Shown one piece after another: positions 50,947-62,810 of a stretch of DNA of 64,000 bases. Source of the DNA: Selaginella moellendorffii (taxonomy: Eukaryota > Plantae > Lycopodiophyta); contig NW_003314289.1 in the NCBI RefSeq assembly GCF_000143415.4, forward strand, positions 1,544,293 through 1,608,292, in the 5' to 3' direction. A program made the translations under genes and the position numbers. Below the pieces are notes generated by a model that saw nothing but the letters and a program-made list of their open reading frames with translations, did no database searches and was not told the origin of the DNA. How positions within the stretch are numbered: position 1 is the stretch's first letter; every line of letters starts with the position of its first letter.

Positions 50947-51252
50947 TTATTTCTGCAAGATTTTTACCCCATTTGTGCAGCTCTCCAAAGCAACAAGACA
51001 ATGCTGCCACGCATCAACTGATGGATAGTTCATGTCGAGCAGAAACTGGACCAGAGAATGGAGCTCATCACAAGAATCGCCATTTTCGTATCTCTCCACA
51101 AGCTCACACCTTGTTTCAAGCGCTGCCACTGCTGCAATCCTCTCATCTTCTGCCTTGAGATGGCCCGTTGCTGCTAACGAAACTCCACAGTGAATTTGAG
51201 CAGACACAAGAAGCACTGTTAGTAGCAGCAACAAGAGCGCCTTGCTCCCCAT
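50947..51252 (-). CDS. Small putative secreted Cys-containing protein (101 aa)
   Basis: Signal-peptide-like start MGSKALLLLLLTVLLVSAQ, four Cys in the mature helical part. Confidence 0.5.
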   Translation of the reverse strand: MGSKALLLLLLTVLLVSAQIHCGVSLAATGHLKAEDERIAAVAALETRCELVERYENGDSCDELHSLVQFLLDMNYPSVDAWQHCLVALESCTNGVKILQK

Positions 51253-51383
51253 AAAGGAAGAATGAAGAAATAGAACTCCTAACAGCTTTTTGGCTTTTTT
51301 CCTGGGCAGAAGTGCACATTTCAACCAACATTTAAGTCACCACTAAAGTTCAAGTTGTGTTTGTAAATTCAATTAGCTCAGGT

Positions 51384-53603
51384 TTACAGAGTATACATGT
51401 TAGAGAGAAGAACATACGTAGCTGAAAATCTGGACAAGTTCCGATCGAGGATAGCCTCATTTGCAGCACATCTGGCACTAGTAACTTTCACATCTGGTTG
51501 TCTTCCACACGAACCCAGGAATGCCGCCACCGCCACCTTGCCCGGATCGTAAGGCATGCTATCAAACAGGTCCTTGGCCTCGTTCACAAGTCCAGCTCTA
51601 CCAAGAACATCAATCATACAACAGATGTGCTCTTCCTTGGAAACCACAAAGTAATCAAACTCCATCGAGCCAAAGCATTGACAAGCCTCTTTCAAATGAC
51701 CTGAGTGGCTCAATGCCGTAAGAATGCTCATAAACGTTACTTCGTCCCGACTAACACCCTCTAAATTGAGAATGTAGAGGAGAGTCTTGGGGCTCTGTGG
51801 ATGCCGCGAATGGGCATATGCTGCCACCATGGCTGTCCAGGACAGTGTGTCTCTCGCGGGCATCTGGCTAAAAAGGTGCCACGCCTGAAACACGTCACCG
51901 TGGTGAGCATACGTGGCAAGCATGGCATTCCACGTCACCCCGTCCCGCTCCGGAATCCAGTCAAAGCTGGCCCTGGCCTCGTCAACGCAATGACTCTGAC
52001 CGTACGCCGCGATCAGCGCATTCCACGTCACCACGCTACGGTACGGCATCGAGTCAAACAGCTTCCTGGCCTCGTCAACCAGGCGAGCCTCGCCGTACGC
52101 ACCAACCATCACGTTCCACGTCACCACACTCCTCAGCGGCATTGTATCAAACATGACACGCGCCTCCTCCAAATGCCCGCCCCGGGAATATGCCGAAACC
52201 ATGCTGGTCCAAGATACCAGGTCGTGCAGTGGCATCCGATCAAATACCTTCTTTGCTTCATGGAGATTCCCAGCCTGGGCATATGCTGTGAGCAGAATCG
52301 TCCACGAGACCAAGTCCGCTTGTGGCATCTTTGTAAGTGTGCTATCCAAAGATTCTAAATTCTGGGCATGGGCATATGCTCTAAGCATCGCATTCCAAGA
52401 GACTACGTTCCTCTCAGGCATTGCATCAAAGATTCCCTTCGCCTCTCCCAAATGCCCGTCCTGGGAATATCCCTGAAGCAGCGAAGTCCACGACACAATG
52501 CTTTTGACCAGCGCAGAGTCAAAGAGATTCTTAGCATCCTTTAGATGCCCATTTTGGGCATATGCCTGTATCATAGTGCTCCAAGTTACCACATTCCTCT
52601 CAGGCATGGAATCAAACACCCTCTTCGATTCTAGCAAATGACCCTTCTCGGCATAAGCTTTCACCATCATCGTCCACGAGACAATCGTCCTCTGTGGCAT
52701 CCCATCAAACGTTTCTTTCGCATCTTTCATATGCCCAACGAGGGCATACGTCTGTGCCATGACCGTCCAAGTCATTACGTTTGGCTCCGGCATCTCTTTC
52801 AAGAGCTCGAGAGCTTTCCTGGGCTCCCCATTTTGCCTATACATAGTCACCACCGTGTTCCACGACACAACGTTTAGCCTCGGCATTCGCAAGAACAGCT
52901 TCTCGGCCTCTTCGACATCGCCCTCTTGCGCATAGGCCCCGATCATCGCGTTCCAGGAAGCTATGCTTCGATCCTCCATCTTGTCAAACAATCTCCTGGC
53001 TTCCTGGAGCTGCCCGTTCTGAGCATACCCAGTGATCAAAGTGTTCCACGAGACTGCGTCCCTGTCTCGCATTCCATCGAAAAGCTCCCTGGCTTCTCGT
53101 GTCCGACCGTCTTGAACGTACGCTGCGATGAGCGTGTTGCACGAGACGATGTTCTTCTCCGGCATTCTCTGGAACACCAACCTTGCCTCGTTGGTATGCC
53201 CGCTCTGGGCATACGCCGAGACGATGATGCTCCACGAGTAGACATTCGGTTGGGCGATGCCGTCAAACACCGCCCTCGCTTCCTGCAAGCTCCCAAGTTT
53301 GCCATACATCTCCACCAAAAGGTTCAAGAGGTACCTGTCCTGCAAATGGTGCTCGCTCTTCCGGATCCGACCGTGTAGCTCTCGGCCCTGGAGGAGATTG
53401 TCACACGACTTGACGAGTGTTGCGAGCTGGAAGGCTCCCTCGGCTCCGCTGCGCTGGTCTAAAACTTCTCTGGCCAGCCGACCCCATTTGAGACCAGGAA
53501 CCGAGCTTGCGAGACTTGTCAAGTAGTGATCCGGGAGTGTTCCCAGCGCCAGACCTTGGTGAGGACCAAATGGTATCCTGAGATCACTGGCACTCAGCGC
53601 CAT
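51384..53603 (-). CDS. PLS/SS-rich PPR protein with truncated E region, no DYW, and an extra N-terminal domain
   Basis: Long run of 31-aa repeats (FD.MPER.VVSW), HICCMIDVLGRAG, ends TYVLLSNMYTL. Confidence 0.93.
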   Translation of the reverse strand: MALSASDLRIPFGPHQGLALGTLPDHYLTSLASSVPGLKWGRLAREVLDQRSGAEGAFQLATLVKSCDNLLQGRELHGRIRKSEHHLQDRYLLNLLVEMYGKLGSLQEARAVFDGIAQPNVYSWSIIVSAYAQSGHTNEARLVFQRMPEKNIVSCNTLIAAYVQDGRTREARELFDGMRDRDAVSWNTLITGYAQNGQLQEARRLFDKMEDRSIASWNAMIGAYAQEGDVEEAEKLFLRMPRLNVVSWNTVVTMYRQNGEPRKALELLKEMPEPNVMTWTVMAQTYALVGHMKDAKETFDGMPQRTIVSWTMMVKAYAEKGHLLESKRVFDSMPERNVVTWSTMIQAYAQNGHLKDAKNLFDSALVKSIVSWTSLLQGYSQDGHLGEAKGIFDAMPERNVVSWNAMLRAYAHAQNLESLDSTLTKMPQADLVSWTILLTAYAQAGNLHEAKKVFDRMPLHDLVSWTSMVSAYSRGGHLEEARVMFDTMPLRSVVTWNVMVGAYGEARLVDEARKLFDSMPYRSVVTWNALIAAYGQSHCVDEARASFDWIPERDGVTWNAMLATYAHHGDVFQAWHLFSQMPARDTLSWTAMVAAYAHSRHPQSPKTLLYILNLEGVSRDEVTFMSILTALSHSGHLKEACQCFGSMEFDYFVVSKEEHICCMIDVLGRAGLVNEAKDLFDSMPYDPGKVAVAAFLGSCGRQPDVKVTSARCAANEAILDRNLSRFSATYVLLSNMYTL

Positions 53604-53718
53604 GCATGGTCTCTGAAGATCACTGAAAACTACGTTGATCTCTAGCCTGGAACTTGGAACCAAAAAAACGTTTCACGATTTATTAACATACCACTTTACG
53701 CACAAAGCTCTCGTCGTC

Positions 53719-54561
53719 CTAGTCCTTGATACTCTTCTGCAAAGACAATGAGCAAACAAAATGGTAAGAAATGGATCAAACGATTTGAGGGAGTACCTTG
53801 TCTTCGTCCTTGTGTTTCTCCTTGTCTTTCTTCTTGTCATCGCCCTCCAGCTTTGCTTCCTTCTTCTTGTCTTTCTTTTTCTCCTCCTCGTCTCCATGCT
53901 TCTCCTTCTTCTCCTTTTTCTCGCCATCGCCCTCGCCCTTGTCCTTTTTCTCCTTCTTCTCTTTTTTCTTCTCTTTCACTTCGTCTCCCTCGTCCTTGCC
54001 TTTCTCTTTCTTCTCCTTGTCTTTCTTCTCTTTCTTTTTTTCCTTCGATTCATCACCCTCTTCTCCATCCTTCTTCTCCTTGTCCTTCTTTTCCTTCTTC
54101 TTCTCCTTCCTTTCATCGCCCTCGCCTGATCCTTCCTTCTCTTTCTTCTTCTCCTTCGTGTCATCGCCATGCTTGTCCTTCTTCTTCTCTTTCTTCTCAT
54201 CTCCCTTGTCATGCTCAGCCTCTAACGTTTTCTCTTTCTTTTCCTTCTTTTTTTCCTTCTCATCATCAACTTCCAAGCTTTTCTCTGTTTTCTCCTTCTT
54301 CTTCTCCTTGTCGCCGTCCACTTCCACGCATTTTTCCTTCTTCTACTTCTTCTCCTTCTTCTTCTCCTTGTGATCTTCGTCCACCTCCACGCACTTCTCC
54401 TTCTTCTCCTTCTTCTCCTTCTTCTTCTCCTTGTGATCCTCGTCCACCTCCGCGCTCTTCTCCTTCTTCTCCTTCTTCTCTTTCTTCTTCTCCATGCCAC
54501 TGTCCTCCAGATGCATCTTCTTCTCCACGTCCACCTCCAAATGCTTCACTTGCTGCGCCAT
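53719..54561 (-). CDS. Lys/Glu-rich low-complexity repeat protein with an in-frame TAG at 54343-54345
   Basis: KEKKKEKKEK repeats, intron about 53737-53797, last exon KSIKD*, and two 5'UTR introns. Confidence 0.65.
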
Positions 54562-55644
54562 GTCCAAGGCCTGGAAAAAATCACAAACAAAACTCTCAGC
54601 AAAGCATGGACGATCGAGCTCTCTTATCAATTTCGCATTTGGATCGCCATTCCTATATAGATCTAACTTCTAACTGAGATCGATCATCGCTTACCAAGAG
54701 ATCCAAGGCCTAGAAAATCACAAAAAAAATAAAATAATGGCTCTCTATCAATTCCGCAACGATCGCTTTTGATCGCGATTCCTACATAGATGTAGATATT
54801 CTAGCTGAGATCGATCATCGCTTACCCGGAAGTAAGAGATCCACGCGCCGCGATCCAAAAACCCTAGCCAAATGTAGGCAACGCGCTTCCTTCCGCGTGG
54901 AGATTCCATCGCATCTTTGTGGATACGTGGCAGCCAGCTGTGGACTATGGTTTGACTAGGGTAACCGTATTTGACTATCATTGACCGGAGGGGTGATTCT
55001 TTCGCCATCAAATAACAATAAAGACACACACGCTCCCATTTTATGGCCTTTGACACCGATGTTCCGTCACCTTGTCATCTTTTAGGGCAGTGCATGCATG
55101 GCACGCACTGCCATTGTCGTTTTGCCCTTAACTTTCTCTTCTATCACCCTGCATGGATGGCGAGAGAAAGAGAGAGCAATCAGACCAGCGAGGAGAAGGA
55201 GGCTTCTTTTTAAATGCACACCGGAGACAGCAACTGCAAAGAAGATAAAGGACTAAGAAGTCTCGATCGATCATCAAGCTGAAGCAAGGATTCTCATTTT
55301 TGTTTCCTGGCTCTCCATGTTGTTCTCGCTCAAGAGCTCTGTTTGTTGGGCATTTTGAGAGTGACAAGGCCATGGCATTTTAAAGGCGTGACCCACACCT
55401 TTGTCCTTCGGTCTAGCTCTTTGTCCTCTGAAAACTCGAGGAAAAGATTTGGTCGGTACGTTGCTCCTCTCGGACGATCTAAGCATCATAAGATACAAAT
55501 CGTAGGACTTTGTGTCTTCTTTTCTGGGCTGGCTGTGGTGGCTGCAATGGTGAGCCACAAGTGCCTTTATCTCGTTTCTTCGACTGATGAACTCGACCTT
55601 ATATCTTTGTTTCGCGTGTGTGCCAGGACCCAGAAACTCCCGGG

Positions 55645-56972
55645 ATGACCAACGAGGGATTCTCCTCGCAAGGCTGCGATGATTTCCTGGAGCTCCTGCC
55701 GATTCTGCTCAACACCCACAACCAAAAGGACGTGATGCACAGCATGGGGATGCTGTCCGCGGCGGCATCGTGCTCTCCCCAGGATCACCACGGCAATGCG
55801 GCTAGAAACGCTGCAGCACTCGCGGTGGCTACTCCGGACCATCAATCCGGCGATAGAAAAGAGCATGGCTCTTTGGACACTGTTGTTCATCCCGGGGACG
55901 AGCTCTATGGCAACCCAGTGTACAGTAGCGCGAGTTGTAACAGCTCCAAGACTCCAAAGGCTGGGAGACTTAAGGCAATGGTTCCTCCGGCCTTGGGCGG
56001 AGTTCTCTCCGCCCAAGAGGACCTCGGACCCAAGAGTGGCGATGGCAAGAAAGCCACCGTGAAGCGCGATGTTTGCGGCGACGAGGTGAAGAAGCAGCAG
56101 CAGCAAGGTCAAGCGAGCAAAGTTTGCTCCAAGGCCGCCGGGAGCGCGTCCAAGAACCTGGTGTCAGAGAGGAAACGACGCAAGAAGCTCAACGAGAGGC
56201 TCTACTCACTGCGAGCAATCGTCCCCAAGATTAGCAAGGTTTATCATTCTCTCTTCTTGCTCCCCTAGAACACCTCTCGAGCCAGAGCTAGAACTTTCAC
56301 TCTCTTGCAACGTAGAAACCTTTCAAGATGAAACCTTTGATTGGATTGGATTGCATCGCAGATGGACAAGGCGTCAATCGTGGCCGACGCTATTGATTAC
56401 GTGCAAGAGCTGCAGGGAAAGGTGCAAGAGCTTCAGGAGGATGTGTCGAGCCTCGAGGCGGCGGAGAGGCGAGAAGTGGAGCTCGGGAGCGTCGTCGACG
56501 CCTGGAACGAGATGATCGTCAGTGACCACCGGGGTTGCAGCTATTCCACCGACATCGACCAGCACTACGCCAAGTTGCGCAACCAAGACTCCCGCAAAGC
56601 AGTCGAGGTAGTTCTCTTTCTTTCGTATCCATTTACAAGTTTGTTCTTCTCCAGCTCGAAGTTTCCAAGCTCGAGGAGCAAGTGTTCTACTTGAGAATCA
56701 ACTGTGGGAACTCGGACGGAGTTCTCATCCAGCTCGCGAAGGCCTTTGAATCCATCGGGCTGGAGTTTAGCAGCGCAAGTCTCTCGTCCTTCCAAGGCAA
56801 GATCATCAACAGCTTCATCGCGAAAGTAAGCTCCTTTCCATCTTATAGTTCCAAGATCTCCTCATGGAAACGAGAAAACTTTGTCCAGATGGAAGAATGG
56901 AAGTCCTTGCACACCGACGAAGTAAAGAAGATCCTCCTTGAGCTCGCCTCCAAGTATGGAATCTATGGCTAA
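55645..56972 (+). CDS. bHLH transcription factor, subgroup IIIa-like (bHLH27/35/FIT), with a C-terminal ACT-like domain
   Basis: SKNLVSERKRRKKLNERLYSLRAIVPKISK|MDKASIVADAIDYVQELQ and LEVSKLEEQVFYLRINC. Confidence 0.9.
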
Positions 56973-57092
56973 ACAAGATATGGCCGTTGTGCACGACCAA
57001 TGGCTAGACAATCTGGTAATTTTTACTCTGTAAAAAGGTATATCGCATCGTACAAAATAAAGTTGTGACTAGCAACGGTTAAAATGCACACA

Positions 57093-57164
57093 AGCCCCTA
57101 GCGAGGATCGAACTCGCGACCTTTCGCTTACGAAGCGAACGCACTACCACTATGCTATAGAGGC
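57093..57164 (-). tRNA. tRNA-Thr(CGT)
   Basis: 72-nt cloverleaf, anticodon loop ttCGTaa. Confidence 0.95.
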
Positions 57165-57197
57165 CATCCTTGCTAGGAACCCCTCCGTGGCCGGAAA

Positions 57198-59086
57198 TTA
57201 GTCGCGAGCTTCCAATGTAATGGTCATGGTCACCGTCTCTTCTCCACGAAGAACTTCGAGATTTACCTGAAAAGGTAAAAACAAGAGTTTATGAGGACCT
57301 CGACCGCTTTCCAAAAGCTCTCTCTCTCTCTTCCTGTGCGAAGAAAATGTGAAAGTTACTTACAGTCTGCCCGACTTTGCAGGCGTCAAGAATTTTGTAA
57401 AGGTCGCTGCCTTTGCTAATCTTCTGCCCGTTCATGGACACGATAATGTCGCCCATGACAAGCCGGCCATAGGCGTCCCTCGTTGTCGATCGCAATCCCT
57501 GCGCGGCGCCAGTCAGCTTTAAAGTTCTGATAGAAGGAGTAGAAGTTTCGTTTTAAGATGCTTACGGCTTTGCCAGCAGGGCCATCAGGAGAGGCGCCGA
57601 GTACGAGGACTCCACTCACGCCAAGTTGCTCCACTGATTGGTCCGGCGCAAACGAAATCCCCAGAACCGGTCTCGTCACTTTGCCATACTTGATGATCTG
57701 GTCGACGATGCCAGCCACCTCCAGACAAGAACCGAAGTTTTAGTTCTTTCACGCTTATGCAGCCGAAAGCAGCGCGAAAAACGTACCGTGTCAACGGGGA
57801 TGGAGAAGCCAACGCCGGATGACGCACCTGATGGCGAGTAAATTGCCGTGTTGATGCCGATGAGGTTACCAGAGCTGTCGAGCAGCGGACCGCCGCTGTT
57901 ACCGGGATTTATTGCTGCATCGGTCTGAATTACGTCTTGTATTGGACGACCGTTTGCAGCAGATGTGATCTCTCGTCGCAGGCCACTGGAAAAGGAAAGC
58001 ATATAAAACTTTGCATCCGTACTGAAAAGAGGACATTTAATCTCACCTGATGACTCCCGTGGTTAGCGTGTGATCCAGTCCAAACTGTGCATATACGTAA
58101 GGACGTCAGGAAAAGATCGCCGAAAAAGCTGCAATCGAAGCTGCTTACCGGATTTCCTATAGCGAATACTTTCTGCCCAACGAGAAGCTCTGAAGAATTC
58201 CCTAGTGGCAGCGGTCGTAATGTTTTGTTGCTGCTGGCATCGATTTTTAAAACCGCAACGTCCTTGTCTTGGTCATAGCCGACTATGGAGGCTTCGTGCG
58301 TAGATTGGTCTCCCATTGTGATTCTATTTATCAAGAAAACGTGAGGAGTTATTTCTTCTTCGTTGTTTGCAAACGTAAAACACAACTTACTTCAAGTCAG
58401 AGGCTCCTCGAATAACATGATAGTTTGTAACAATGTGCCCGTCTTTGTCCCAGACAAATCCCGATCCCGATCCTTGAGGGACTTCCATTATGTCCGAGGT
58501 GAAGGCGTCTCGCCTGTAGCAGCACAAAATGAAAAACGATTGTTAAAACTCTTTGCGAACGAAAGCAAAGAAAGAAAAGCGCAAAGTTTGCAAACCTGAC
58601 TGCTAGATTTGTGATGTACACGACCGATGGAGTCGAATTCCGGAATAAGTTGATAGTCACAAGCTCATCCGACAGGAATCTTTGCGTTGACGTATTCACA
58701 AAAGCTTGCGCGTCCGCCGGTGTGATCATCACGGAGATCATAACCGCGAGCGACATGCACCACGTAGCATACGAATCCAGTTTGCCATCGCTCTTTTGCT
58801 GTGTCGATAGCCATCTGAAAATCTCGTCGCCCAAATTATTTTGCCGGGCTTGAAGATGTCTGATCTTGAGGAAAAAATTCGAAGAAGAAGAAAAATCTCG
58901 CCTGTCTTTGAGAATTCCGAAGCTCTTGCTAGATCCAGCAGCTGGAATGCCCTGCTCCAATTTGCTCACCACGACAATTCTAGAGCTGGAGCAACTAGAA
59001 TCCCTATGTCGCCTCTCGCGCCGGGAAGAATCTAGGCCCTGGATGTTCGATGCGCTGGAAGAACAAGCTGCGGCGACTAGAGCCAT
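57198..59086 (-). CDS. DEG1: Protease Do-like 1 (thylakoid lumen Deg/HtrA), multi-exon
   Basis: [44 protein letters not shown] domain, bipartite transit peptide ending AQA. Confidence 0.93.
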
Positions 59087-59416
59087 GCGATGCGATCGCG
59101 GCAGCTAGATCCAGAGGATGCTGCCCCGGCCGATCGATTCGATGGATCGCGAAATTTCTACTTACAAGAGAGCGCTGCCAGAGAGGATCTTCTCCTAGGG
59201 CAAAGAACTCCGTGGCACACAGAAATACGACACATAGCGCTCCCATTGACACGCTACACCCTTGAGTGACGGCTGGGATACCTTTGAAAAGACGTTGCGT
59301 GGGCATCTTACCGTTGGATTATGTGTTCCAGATGCCCGGGAAAAGAAATTCTTTTTCTAATTTTATTATTGCTTGAGAAGCTTAGGAAGTTTTGCCTGGA
59401 AAAGGGTTACATCACT

Positions 59417-59489
59417 TCCGTTGTAGTCTAGTCGGTTAGGATACTCGGCTCTCACCCGAGCGACCCGGGTTCAAGTCCCGGCAACGGAA
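59417..59489 (+). tRNA. tRNA-Glu(CTC)
   Basis: 73-nt cloverleaf, CTC anticodon, T-run terminator. Confidence 0.97.
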
Positions 59490-59994
59490 TGTATCCTTTT
59501 CAGGGCCTTTTTTCATTGAGAGCTTTTTATGGCCGTCCAGCTGGACGGCTGGATTCAGCCACATTTGAAATTTTCCTAATGCACGGAATATGCCGGAATA
59601 GTCTTATGGCCATGGGCTGATCGCCATGTATGCCCATGAAACACACACCACTAGGTTATTTTCTCTCGCCGGAGCCCCTGTTCTTCGTAGTCCCTGCTTC
59701 TCTCCCCGCTCTCCGTGTCTAGGGCGCCGATCTGATGCCGCGGCGGCGCTCCCGGTGATCTCCGTTTCAATTTGAGCACTCTTTCTCTCACATTTGCTCG
59801 CCGCGCCGCGATTTTCCTTGCTTCCGGGATGCAGATCGGGCGGCGCAGCTTGTGCTTGACCGCTGGGTGCCGAAAAACGCAAGATTTGGGGTTGGAATCT
59901 TGGTAGGAGGCATTGCCGATCCAGGGTTTGCTGCCGCGAGCCAACAGGGTTTCCAGGGAAGGAAGCTTTTCTCCGCGGGCGAGGTATTCTGGAG

Positions 59995-61123
59995 ATGGAA
60001 GGAGGCGCCGTGGCCAATCCCCGCACAGTAGAAGAAGTCTTCAAGGATTTCAAGGGGCGGCGAGCCGGGATGCTTAAGGCGCTCTCTGGAGGTAAGCTAA
60101 GCTCTCTCTATTTTTTTTTCTTTCTTTGCGCCTCTTGCTAATCTTACCACTTGCGATTGTATGTAGATGTGGAAGAGTTCTACCGACAATGTGATCCAGG
60201 TTTGTACTCTTTCTTATCCTTTAGTCTAGTGTGGTGCTACTACATGTATATATAATGGTCGGGTCTTTTGTTTAAGTGTGATATTGACTTTGGTGTATGG
60301 TGTCACTTTTTCTCTTATTGACTCCAGAGAAGGAAAATTTGTGCCTTTATGGTCTCCCCGACGAGACTTGGGAGGTGAATCTTCCAGCCGAGGAAGTGCC
60401 GCCGGAGCTCCCTGAGCCAGCGCTCGGTATCAATTTCGCGAGAGATGGCATGCTCCGAAAGGACTGGCTTTCGCTTGTGGCGGTACACAGCGATGCTTGG
60501 CTCTACGCAGTCGCGTTTTATCACGGTGCCCGCCTCGACAAGAGTGAAAGGTTAGTGCTTTTGTTTATCTTCCAAGTTTTGTCCGACAGTTTGATTAGTA
60601 TTCTTCTTGTTGGTACTCGCTGTTCCTTTTTTCTTGTCAACGATTGTGGTAGATCTGAGATTTTGTCTTTTTTCCATTTGATGCAGGAAACGACTGTTTG
60701 GGATGATGAATGAGCTACCAACGGTTTTCGATACTGTCACTGGAAGGAAACCTGTGAAAGAGAAATCCAGCGTGAACAACAGCGGAAGCAAGAGCAAGAC
60801 CTCTGTTGTCAAGGTGGGTCTTCGATCTTTCTCCTTTCTCTGTTTTTACTAACAGCTACTACCAGAACGAAGGCGGTGTAAAGTCGTCCAAGGCACCCCC
60901 CAAGGAGGAGGACGAAGCCTTTGACGACGAAGACGAAGAGCACGGTGACACACAGTGTGGAACTTGCGGGGGGAATTACACGTCCGACGAGTTTTGGATA
61001 GGCTGCGATGTCTGCGAGAAGTGGTTTCACGGCAAGTGCGTCAAGATCACACCGGCCAGGGCGGAGCACATCAAAAAGTACAAATGTCCATCGTGTAGCA
61101 ACAATAAGAGAGCTCGGGGATAG
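59995..61123 (+). CDS. Alfin-like PHD finger protein, multi-exon
   Basis: [40 protein letters not shown] finger [24 protein letters not shown]. Confidence 0.96.
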
Positions 61124-61808
61124 CCGCCAAAGGGAGAAGCTCGACGTAGCGTTATCCTTGGGAGCTCGTTTAGTTGGTCGGGGTGGGCATCAGTCATCAC
61201 TTTGAAGGGCCGGTTCTGGACATCGTCTGTACTATTTATTTTCCTTCCTCCTCTTCCTTCATCGTAGTACCTTTTGCTTTCTTCCTTAGTTGAGCGCCCT
61301 GTAGTCGAGCTAGAATTTTCTCTAGCAGTGGTTCTGACCGATTTTCGTTTGTGTTCAGCTAGTGACAATCATGCATAGCGAAAAGGCCTTCACTATGCAA
61401 ACCGGGCAATCTGGGTTGTCACCAATTGACATGAGCATGTTGTATACTACAAAGTGCTCAATACCAGGTTCATTTTATATTTATTTTCTTTCTCGTTCGT
61501 CCTCTTCTTCAGTATAATGTCGTGCGTGATGTCTTCCTTGTTTCAGCTGGTTTTAGTGGAATGGAAGTTTTCTCACTTGAGTTTTGCTCTCCGGTTTGGG
61601 TTCGCCTTTAAGAATGGTTTGTAGTGTGGGTCATTAATCCTCTCCGTGCTCTCTTTTAGGACTTCCCTGTAGCTCTGCTGCTGCTGTGTTTGCCTTCCAA
61701 GACGAGGGGGAGAGAAAAAAAAAAGTGTGAGGAAAGACTGCGTCTTGCGTTGTTTGCGTAACTTTGTTCTGCAGTTAAGCTAAGGACGAAGAAAATACAG
61801 TGGTTCGG

Positions 61809-62810
61809 TTAAAGAACGTTGGGAATAAGAGCCTTCCGAGTCTTTGGAAAGCCTTCCAACTTCTGAACATACCAGTCCCGGGTGGAGAAGCTCCTTGCAG
61901 TGAGGTAGAGCATGACGAACACCGCACAGGCAAGAGACATTGTTGTTTGGCTGATCATTGAAATCCCAATGAAGGTGCCTATTTCGAACAGGTACTGCGG
62001 GCATGCCACCTTGTCGAACAATCCTCCGTGTGGAACAATGTACTTCTTGGTGGTGATGCTGTCCCGTCGGGCCGTCGCAGCAAGCCCCTCGGCCGAGTTT
62101 CGTATCCGGGCAAGTATGCAGTGGTGGTAGAAGTTTCCAACTATTCCCACCATGAACACTACAACTCCTAACCACATTGTGTTGTACGTAGGCTGGTAGC
62201 ACATCGCCTCGGCAATCTCTTGGGCGTAAAAGAGATTGAGTGACAGTAGCGCGAAAGTCAGCGACACTAACATGCTCGTCACTCCGCATATTGTTCCGGT
62301 ATACTCATGAAGAAAATTCACCTAGCAGTTGCAAGTAAGTTAGCTTTGCTTCAATGGAGTTTGTTTTTCTCTCTTTACTATGTGAGCTGCAATGCAAATA
62401 GGTACCTCGAGGACTCGTTTGACGAAATGCAAAGTCATGGCTGCCGAGACGAGTACTATGCGCAAACTGGCACTGTTGTGGAGGCGGAGATCGTATGCCC
62501 AAGTGGAGAGTCGCATCGCCTCCATGAACGTCGGTGCGTCAAAGTACTCGAGTTTGTGGAGCAAGAAAGCCGAGCAGAGCAACGCCGCAGGGAGGTAGAA
62601 CATGAGCATTCCAATCTTGCTGGGCAACTGGAGGATCTTCTGCTGGCGACCGGCAAACTTGGAGTAAGGCAGTGCCGCGCCACGAAACTCCTGGAGCGAG
62701 AGGAGGACGCCGCCGACGAAGAGCAGCATCTCCGATCCCCATACGTACCTGGAACCCGAGCCCGTGAAGAAGAGGTACGAGGAATCCGGGCGGCTATCGC
62801 CGAAGAACAT
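61809..62810 (-). CDS. 3-oxo-5-alpha-steroid 4-dehydrogenase (steroid 5-alpha-reductase) family protein; intron 62322-62405
   Basis: HFVKRVLE|VNFLHEY, GNFYHH, YIVPHGGLFDKVACPQYLFEI, RKALIP. Confidence 0.92.

Noticed and set aside
53748-54677. Plus-strand Ser/Pro/Leu/Phe-rich ORFs
   Set aside because: They are antisense shadows of the GAA/AAG-rich Lys/Glu gene.
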